From: Acidobacteriota bacterium
GTDB lineage: Bacteria > Actinomycetota > Acidimicrobiia > Spongiisociales > ZC4RG35
DNA length: 64,000 nt
Assembly (NCBI GenBank): GCA_022573225.1
Contig: JACZUI010000003.1
Location: forward strand, 11,798-75,797
Direction: 5' to 3'
Position numbers and translations under genes: made by a program. Below are positions 57,729 through 64,000 of this stretch, piece after piece; within the stretch, counting starts at the first letter, position 1; each line of letters begins with the position of its first letter. The notes under the pieces are model-generated. The model made no database searches. It saw only the letters and a program-made list of their open reading frames with translations, and had not been told where the DNA came from.

Positions 57729-58886
57729 ATGTTGCGGTTTCTAACGGCCGGCGAATCACACGGGCCGGGCCTGGTCACCATCGTCGAAGGCCTACCGGCC
57801 GGGTTGGCAGTGTCAGCCGAAGGAATCTCCGCGGAATTGGCTCGGCGGCGCCTCGGGTTCGGCAGAGGCAAGCGCATGTCGCTGGAGAAGGACCAGCTAG
57901 AGATCCTCGGCGGAGTCCGGCATGGCGTCACTCTGGGCTCACCCGTCGCAGTCCTGGTGCGCAATACGGAGTGGCCCAAGTGGGAGGAAATCATGAGTCC
58001 TGGGCCGGGAGATCCGGGAAAGAAGATCAGCCGTCCTCGACCCGGTCACGCCGACCTTCCCGGAATGCTCAAGTACGACACGGACGACGCACGAAACATC
58101 CTGGAAAGGGCATCAGCGCGGGAGACCGCGGCGCGGACCGTCGTCGGTTACCTGGCCAAAGAGCTTCTGGGTGTGGTTGGTGCAGCTGTTGTCAGCCATG
58201 TGACCGCGATCGGGAAGGCGACGTATGAGGGCCCACCGCCCGGGCCCGAGGATCTGAGGGAAATCGACGCCAGCCCGGTTCGTTGTATCGACCCTGAAGC
58301 AACCGCGGCCATGGTCGTCCTGATCGAAGAGGCGGTGGCCAAGAAGGACACCCTCGGGGGAGTGTTCGAAGTGCTTGCTTTCGGGGTACCGCCAGGAATC
58401 GGATCCCACGTCCATCACGATCGTCGTCTTGACGGGTTGATTGCGGGGGGGCTCATGTCGATACCGGCCATCAAGGGGGTCGAGATCGGCAGCGGATTCG
58501 AGGTGGCGGTCGGCGACGGATCAGCGGCCCACGACGAGATCGTTCAGGGCTCGGAGGGCCTCACCCGGCTGTCCAACCGGGCCGGGGGCATCGAAGGTGG
58601 CATATCCAACGGGCAACCCATTAGAGCGCGGGTGGCCATGAAGCCGATTTCAACTCTGATGCGACCCCTTCAGACCGTTGACATGGATACCGGCCAGCCG
58701 GCTCAGGCAGTCAGGGAGCGATCGGACGTGTGTGCGGTGCCCGCTGCCGCCGTGGTGGGGGAGCAGATGGTCGCCATCGCCCTCGCCGGCGAATACATGC
58801 GCAAGTTCGGCGGCGACACGGTTGAGGATTTCAAGGGCGGCTTCGATTCGTACCTGTCCCGGCTTCAGGATCGAATCAGCAAGTGA
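57729..58886 (+). CDS. aroC: Chorismate synthase
   Basis: MLRFLTAGESHGPGL..., GRSSARETA-like (RASARETAART), and the C-terminal FMN-binding motifs. Confidence 0.9.
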   Translation: MLRFLTAGESHGPGLVTIVEGLPAGLAVSAEGISAELARRRLGFGRGKRMSLEKDQLEILGGVRHGVTLGSPVAVLVRNTEWPKWEEIMSPGPGDPGKKISRPRPGHADLPGMLKYDTDDARNILERASARETAARTVVGYLAKELLGVVGAAVVSHVTAIGKATYEGPPPGPEDLREIDASPVRCIDPEATAAMVVLIEEAVAKKDTLGGVFEVLAFGVPPGIGSHVHHDRRLDGLIAGGLMSIPAIKGVEIGSGFEVAVGDGSAAHDEIVQGSEGLTRLSNRAGGIEGGISNGQPIRARVAMKPISTLMRPLQTVDMDTGQPAQAVRERSDVCAVPAAAVVGEQMVAIALAGEYMRKFGGDTVEDFKGGFDSYLSRLQDRISK

Positions 58887-59386
58887 CGCTTTGGCTGGTA
58901 GGAATGATGGGCGCAGGCAAGACCACGGTGGGCCAGCTCGCTGCCGACGCCCTGGACAAGAAGTTCTTCGACACCGACCAAGAGATTGCTCGAAGGATGG
59001 GCTGTTCGGTCGCCCAACTGTGGGGCGAACTCGGGGAGGGTGCCTTCCGCGACGTGGAGCGAGCGACCATCGCAAGGCTGGCCGACTCCGACGCTGTGGT
59101 GAGCGCGGGCGGTGGGGCGCCGGTGGATCCGTCAAACCGTGCCAAAATATCCTTGTCGGGCAGGTGTGTCTGGCTCAAAGCAGACCCGGCGATCTTGAGT
59201 GAACGTCTCGAGGGGGGCGAGGATCGCCCGTTGCTTCTGGGACACGACAGTCGGGAGGAGGCATTGAGGCAGGTTCTCTCCGACCGCGCCGCCTTCTATG
59301 AGGACGTCGCCGACCATGAGATAGAAACCGACTCGGTGGACCCGGCCGCGGTGGCCGCCGAGATAGTGCGATGGTGGTCGACGTGA
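58883..59386 (+). CDS. aroK: Shikimate kinase
   Basis: Walker A GMMGAGKTTVG and the DxD motif (FFDTDQEI). Confidence 0.85.
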   Translation: MTLWLVGMMGAGKTTVGQLAADALDKKFFDTDQEIARRMGCSVAQLWGELGEGAFRDVERATIARLADSDAVVSAGGGAPVDPSNRAKISLSGRCVWLKADPAILSERLEGGEDRPLLLGHDSREEALRQVLSDRAAFYEDVADHEIETDSVDPAAVAAEIVRWWST

Positions 59387-60399
59387 TCATGGGAGGTCGG
59401 ACGGAGATGGTCATCGAGGCGGGCCTGCCCGACCAAATTCTCCCGAACCGAGAGGGGCGGGCCCGCGTGGCGGTTTTGACCCAACCCGGAGCCACCAATC
59501 ACGCGACAAATGTTGCCAGGTCCATTCGGGCCGAGGGTTATGAAGTCGAGATCATCGGCCTTCCCGATCGTGACGAAGCGAAGAGCCTCGATGTCGCCGC
59601 GTCTGTCTACGAGACCCTGGCCCGGTTCGGTTTAGGGCGGCAGGACACCATCGTGGGAGTCGGAGGCGGCTCCGTAACCGATCTCAGCGGATTCGTGGCG
59701 GGCACCTGGTTGCGGGGCGTGGAGGTGGTGCATGTGCCCACCACTCTTCTGGCGGCGGTCGATGCGTCGATCGGCGGAAAGACCGGGGTCAACCTGGCCG
59801 GGAAGAACCTGGTCGGGGTGTTTTGGCACCCAACCCGGGTCGTGGTCGACACCACGATCCTCGACGACCTGCCCGGCTCGCTGCTTCGCGAGGGGCTGGC
59901 AGAGGCGCTGAAGGTCGGTCTCATAGGTGACACTGACCTGGTCGAGCTCCTCGAGGCACACGGCGCGGAAGCGCCCATCGGTGAAGTGGTACGGCGCGCA
60001 ACCGCGGTCAAGAGCCGCATCGTCGACGATGACGAACGCGAACAAGGGAAGCGAGCGTTTCTCAATTTTGGCCACACAATCGGCCATGCCGTCGAGTTTG
60101 CGTCGACCCTCTCACACGGCGAGAGCGTTGGTCTCGGAATGGTGGCAGCCGCCCGAATATCACAGGAGAAGGATGGCTTCTCGGAGGCCGAGCGGGTGAC
60201 TGCGGCCATATCGGATCTCGGGATACCGGTCGAGGTGAGCGGATTGGACAGGGCGCGGGTCAAAGACCTGCTCCGCCATGACAAGAAGCGCGATGCAAAG
60301 GGTCTCAGGATGGTTCTTCTCGAATCCATTGGCAGCCCCGTGCTCCGTCACGTCGACTCCGATGAGATCGACATTGGCCTTGCTGCGATAAAGCTTTGA
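59371..60399 (+). CDS. aroB: 3-dehydroquinate synthase
   Basis: GVGGGSVTDLSGFVA, GGKTGVNL, and metal-binding His residues (FGHTIGHAVE). Confidence 0.9.
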   Translation: MVVDVIMGGRTEMVIEAGLPDQILPNREGRARVAVLTQPGATNHATNVARSIRAEGYEVEIIGLPDRDEAKSLDVAASVYETLARFGLGRQDTIVGVGGGSVTDLSGFVAGTWLRGVEVVHVPTTLLAAVDASIGGKTGVNLAGKNLVGVFWHPTRVVVDTTILDDLPGSLLREGLAEALKVGLIGDTDLVELLEAHGAEAPIGEVVRRATAVKSRIVDDDEREQGKRAFLNFGHTIGHAVEFASTLSHGESVGLGMVAAARISQEKDGFSEAERVTAAISDLGIPVEVSGLDRARVKDLLRHDKKRDAKGLRMVLLESIGSPVLRHVDSDEIDIGLAAIKL

Positions 60400-60439
60400 G
60401 GCGGTTACCGTCCTGGGCCGCAGCCTCGAGGACCCCAAA

Positions 60440-60997
60440 TTGATAAGCACCAATGATGTGAAACCGGGCATGGCCTTGGAGTTGTCCGATGGTCTTTTCA
60501 CGATTATCGAGTACCAGCACGTCAAGCCGGGCAAGGGCAAGGCGTTTGTCCGCATGAAGCTCAAGAAACTGGGCACCGGCCAGGTTCTGGATCGGACCTT
60601 TCGGGCCGATGAGAAGGTTGAGCAGGCCTTCATCGATCGGCGCGATCATCAATACCTATACCGGGATGATCTGGGATTCCACTTCATGAACCTCGAGGAC
60701 TTCGGTCAGATGGCAGTCAGTCGTGAAGATGTCGGCTCCGCAGCCAGCTATCTCGTCGATGGCATGACCGTGAGCCTCACGCTGTACCAAGGCACTCCGA
60801 TCGGCGTCGATCTTCCATCGTCCGTCGAGTTGGAGGTCACCTACGCCGAACCGGCCGTGAAGGGCGACACCAGGACCGGCGCGACCAAGTCGGTGCGGCT
60901 CGAGACCGGTCTAGAGATACAGGTTCCCCTGTTTGTCGAGCAGGGAGACCGGGTCAAGGTCGATACGCGTAGCGGCGGCTACCTGACGCGGACATGA
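60440..60997 (+). CDS. efp: Elongation factor P
   Basis: KPGKGKAFVRMKLK carries the conserved modified-lysine loop; 185 aa. Confidence 0.9.
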   Translation: MISTNDVKPGMALELSDGLFTIIEYQHVKPGKGKAFVRMKLKKLGTGQVLDRTFRADEKVEQAFIDRRDHQYLYRDDLGFHFMNLEDFGQMAVSREDVGSAASYLVDGMTVSLTLYQGTPIGVDLPSSVELEVTYAEPAVKGDTRTGATKSVRLETGLEIQVPLFVEQGDRVKVDTRSGGYLTRT

Positions 60998-61044
60998 CGA
61001 CCAGTGGTCTGTCGCACGACTGGTGAGAGACGCCGGAGCCATTC

Positions 61045-61602
61045 ATGAGTCGGGGCGGTAGATCGTCGGGGCCTGTGACCGTCCCGGCGAGAGTGTCGGT
61101 GTCGGACTTCGCCGAGGCCATTGGCAGGCCGATATCGGAAGTGCAAGCCGTCCTCGAATCTCGAGAAGAGCCGTCGGCACCGGGTGACCTCATCGGCCCG
61201 GGGCAGTCCGGTGCGGTGGGCAAGATGTTGGGCGTTGGGATCACGGTTGAGCCACGCGACCTCGCTCTGGAAACTCTCTATGAGATGGAAATCCGAGACG
61301 AGACAGAAATGCCACGTCTTCCCGGCCGAGCAGACGCCCTCGTCAAGGGGGTTGTGGCCAGAAGGGAGTCACTCGATCACGCAATCGAGGCTGCTTCCGA
61401 GCATTGGAGCGTGGCCCGCATGCCCGTGATCGACCGCGCCATCCTCAGACTCGGCCTCTACGAGTTGAAGCATGAGCCGGATACACCGACAGCAGTGGTC
61501 GTGTCGGAGGCCGTGCGTCTCGCCAAGACTTATTCGACTGAGCGATCCGGATCGTTCGTCAATGGCGTTCTCGCATCGCTCGCTCGCTCCGAACGGGGTT
61601 AG
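61045..61602 (+). CDS. nusB: Transcription antitermination factor NusB with ~60-aa N-terminal extension (IF2_N-like helical motif)
   Basis: The NusB core runs from ~61225 (LALETLYEMEI...VIDRAILRLGLYEL...VNGVL). The upstream in-frame segment VSDFAEAIGRPISEVQAVL may be translated; the alternative start is ATG 61225. Confidence 0.75.
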   Translation: MSRGGRSSGPVTVPARVSVSDFAEAIGRPISEVQAVLESREEPSAPGDLIGPGQSGAVGKMLGVGITVEPRDLALETLYEMEIRDETEMPRLPGRADALVKGVVARRESLDHAIEAASEHWSVARMPVIDRAILRLGLYELKHEPDTPTAVVVSEAVRLAKTYSTERSGSFVNGVLASLARSERG

Positions 61603-61636
61603 GGGCGATGAACACTCGGATGCCCATCCCTGTGTC

Positions 61637-62920
61637 ATGTTTGAAAGACCTCGCATGATCCTCATCTCGAACGCCCTCGTGTTCACCGGGCAAGGGATGA
61701 AGCAGCGTGATGTGCTCATCGACGGCGAGACCGTCACCGAGGTCGGGTCTGTTTCAGCGCCGTCTGGCGCCTCAGTGATTGATGCAACAGGGATGGTGCT
61801 GGGACCGGGCCTGGTCGACCTCCACGTCCACTTCCGCGAGCCGGGTCAGGAATGGAAGGAGAACATCGAAAGCGGCTCACGTGCCGCTGCTGTCGGTGGA
61901 TTCACGGCGGTGGTGATGATGCCCAACACGATCCCCGCCATAGATTCCGAAGAGATAGCTCGAGAGATGATTGCCGTCGGCAGAGCGTCGGGCCGCCTGG
62001 ACTTAGCAGTAGCGGGCGCTATAACGGCTGGCCGCAGGGGCGATTCGCTAAGCGAGATTGTGGGCCTTCATCGGGCGGGTGTTCGGATGTTCAGCGACGA
62101 CGGTGGTTGTGTTGCCGACCGCACTCTGCTCGGGAAGGCAATGTCACTCGTGGCCCGATTGCCCGGAGCCTTCATCGCCGAGCATGCCGAGGATGTCTCG
62201 CTGACCGTGGGTGGCCACATGCATGAAGGCGCGGTATCGGCTGGCCACGGCATCGCCGGCTTGCCGGCTCGCGCCGAGGTGGACGTGGTCAGTCGCGACA
62301 TCGATTTGGCCCGCGAGACAGGTGCTCGACTTCATATCCAACATCTCTCCGCATCAGGGAGTGTCGACCTCGTTCGGGATGCCAAATTCGAGGGTCTGCC
62401 CGTGACCGCCGAAGTGACTCCGCATCACCTGGCGCTCACAGATCAAGCGCTGAGCACTCTCGACCCGAATCTGAAGATGTACCCGCCGCTGCGCGAGGCG
62501 TCGGATCAACTGGCCCTCACCGAGGCTCTCATTTCAGGAGTGATTGACATCGTTGCGACCGACCACGCACCCCATGCAGTCGAGGACAAGGCGGTCCCCT
62601 TCGAGGACGCACCCCGCGGTGTGATCGGTCTGGAGACTGCGATGCCACTGGTCCTGGAGGCATTAGGAGGCGACGTCGCAACCATGTTTGAGCGCATGAG
62701 CGTCACGCCGGCTCGTCTTGCGGCCTTCGGGCGTCAGGGCCGCCCGGTCGCACCTGGCGAACCGGCCAATCTGGTTCTATTCGATCCCGAAGGAAGGTTC
62801 ACACCGGGGGAGTTCGAGTCGAAGTCGTCAAACAGCCCGTTTCTCGGGCAATCGTTGCAAGGCCGGGTCGTCATGACTATCTACGAAGGTGGTATCCAGG
62901 ATGAAGGAACGATGAGATGA
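61637..62920 (+). CDS. pyrC: Dihydroorotase (cyclic amidohydrolase family)
   Basis: DLHVHFREPG metal-binding HxH, the carboxylated-Lys region, and a C-terminal Asp (DHAPH). The start is ATG 61637 or 61655; the ORF-track start at 61472 overlaps nusB. Confidence 0.85.
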   Translation: MFERPRMILISNALVFTGQGMKQRDVLIDGETVTEVGSVSAPSGASVIDATGMVLGPGLVDLHVHFREPGQEWKENIESGSRAAAVGGFTAVVMMPNTIPAIDSEEIAREMIAVGRASGRLDLAVAGAITAGRRGDSLSEIVGLHRAGVRMFSDDGGCVADRTLLGKAMSLVARLPGAFIAEHAEDVSLTVGGHMHEGAVSAGHGIAGLPARAEVDVVSRDIDLARETGARLHIQHLSASGSVDLVRDAKFEGLPVTAEVTPHHLALTDQALSTLDPNLKMYPPLREASDQLALTEALISGVIDIVATDHAPHAVEDKAVPFEDAPRGVIGLETAMPLVLEALGGDVATMFERMSVTPARLAAFGRQGRPVAPGEPANLVLFDPEGRFTPGEFESKSSNSPFLGQSLQGRVVMTIYEGGIQDEGTMR

Positions 62921-63023
62921 TCGATCGCAAGCCGGGTCTTCTGTGTGCTGTGGTTGGAGGGGTCTTTGGGGGGCGCTCGGTCACGGGTCCTGACGCCACC
63001 AACCAGTCGAGAAGTCTCCAGCA

Positions 63024-63941
63024 ATGGCACGAAGTCGGATGAGGACCAGGCTGGGGTCGCTGGAGCTTCGATCCCCACTGATCGCAGCGTCGGGCACGGT
63101 CGGCTCGGTTTGGGAATGGGCATCGGTGGCGGATGTGTCGGCTTACGGTGCGGCCGTGGCGAAATCGGTGTCGGCCGAGCCATGGTCGGGCCAACCCGCC
63201 CCGCGGTTGGCTCCAACAGGCGTCGGCATGCTGAACAGTATCGGCATCCAGAATCCGGGCATTCACGCCTGGGCCCAGAAGATGAAAGGCCACCGGGCAG
63301 CGATCGATGTCCCGATCTGGGGCTCGGCTGTGGGAGGAAGTGTCGGCGAGTTTGCAGAGGTGGCCAAGGGGCTGGAGGGTGCCGGCGTCCCAGCAATCGA
63401 GGTGAACCTGTCCTGTCCCAACCTCGAGAATGGGGAGATGTTCTCCTTCGACCCCGCTCTTTCGGCTGGCGTCGTGCGGGAGGTCATCTCGAGCGTGACA
63501 GTGCCGGTTGGGGCCAAGCTGTCGCCGAACACACCCGATCTGGTCGAAGTGGCGAAGGGATGCATGGATGCCGGGGCCGAATTTCTGACATTGACCAACT
63601 CAGCATTGGGGTTTGGGCTCTCGATAGAGTCGCGTCGGCCTTTGTTATCAGCTGGCGCAGGGGGATACAGCGGGCCCGGGCTCAAGCCGATCTCGCTGCG
63701 CTGCGTCTTCGAAGTGGCTCGCGCCTTGCCGGGGACACCGATAGTCGGATGTGGGGGAGTGGCATCGGGACGAGATGTTGTTGAGTACCTGATGGCAGGT
63801 GCATCCGCGGTGGCGCTGGGGACGATACATCTGGCGGAGCCAAAGGCAGGCGTGCGCATCATGAGGGAATTGCAACGGGAGCTGACACGGCTGGGCGTCG
63901 GTTCGGTGAGAGAGCTGATTGGGAGTGTTGAACCGTGGTGA
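63024..63941 (+). CDS. pyrD: Dihydroorotate dehydrogenase (class 1 catalytic subunit)
   Basis: SPLIAASGT, NSIGIQNPG, NLSCPN, and GGV.SG motifs. Confidence 0.85.
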   Translation: MARSRMRTRLGSLELRSPLIAASGTVGSVWEWASVADVSAYGAAVAKSVSAEPWSGQPAPRLAPTGVGMLNSIGIQNPGIHAWAQKMKGHRAAIDVPIWGSAVGGSVGEFAEVAKGLEGAGVPAIEVNLSCPNLENGEMFSFDPALSAGVVREVISSVTVPVGAKLSPNTPDLVEVAKGCMDAGAEFLTLTNSALGFGLSIESRRPLLSAGAGGYSGPGLKPISLRCVFEVARALPGTPIVGCGGVASGRDVVEYLMAGASAVALGTIHLAEPKAGVRIMRELQRELTRLGVGSVRELIGSVEPW

Positions 63942-64000
63942 GCCCGATAGTCGTCGCCCTTGACTTCCCGTCTCTGGCCGAGGCCAGCTCGATGGCGCGG
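63938..64000 (+). CDS. pyrF: Orotidine 5'-phosphate decarboxylase, N-terminal fragment (runs off window)
   Basis: A GTG start overlapping the pyrD stop; VSPIVVALDFPSLAEASSMA matches the PyrF N-terminal ALD motif. Confidence 0.55.
   Translation, partial: MSPIVVALDFPSLAEASSMAR

Overview
This is a high-GC (roughly 65%) bacterial chromosomal segment with a clearly actinobacterial gene set and order. The right-hand ~35 kb (29.2-64 kb) is conserved housekeeping synteny with many overlapping start/stop codons. It holds a phosphatidylinositol-mannoside lipid cluster (pgsA1-like, acyltransferase, pimA-like GT4), pdxS/pdxT, yebC, a PaaI thioesterase, ruvC-ruvA-ruvB, queA-tgt, yajC-secD-secF, apt, relA, an MBL hydrolase, hisS, aspS, rarA, alaS, ruvX, mltG, aroE, aroC-aroK-aroB, efp, nusB, pyrC, pyrD and the start of pyrF. 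The left-hand ~29 kb looks more accessory. It contains: (a) a putative catabolic cluster (XRE-cupin regulator divergent from lhgO, an M24 hydrolase, TPP-dependent E1 alpha/beta with no E2, and an ABM membrane protein); (b) an ATP-grasp gene next to a large type-I membrane protein with a Thr-rich linker; (c) a thioesterase/DoxX pair; (d) tRNA-Val(CAC) followed by ~520 bp of lower-GC non-coding DNA and a 777-aa secreted S8 protease carrying FG-GAP-like repeats and a 30-bp tandem repeat; (e) a lone kynureninase; (f) an otsA remnant beside an otsB that appears full-length; (g) a threonine dehydratase, a VOC protein, and a DUF368 / patatin / Zn-ribbon / kinase locus; (h) thrS, citrate synthase and an EF-G paralog. 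No rRNA, CRISPR array or obvious transposase was seen. Points worth a second look are the otsA truncation, a DUF222-HNH (13E12-like) endonuclease gene inserted between the PaaI thioesterase gene and ruvC (within the conserved yebC-ruvCAB region), a ~30-bp near-identical repeat family sitting at gene 3' ends and in intergenic DNA, the membrane-protein/ATP-grasp pair, and the protease repeats. All calls come from reading the sequence and translated ORFs; no database searches were possible.
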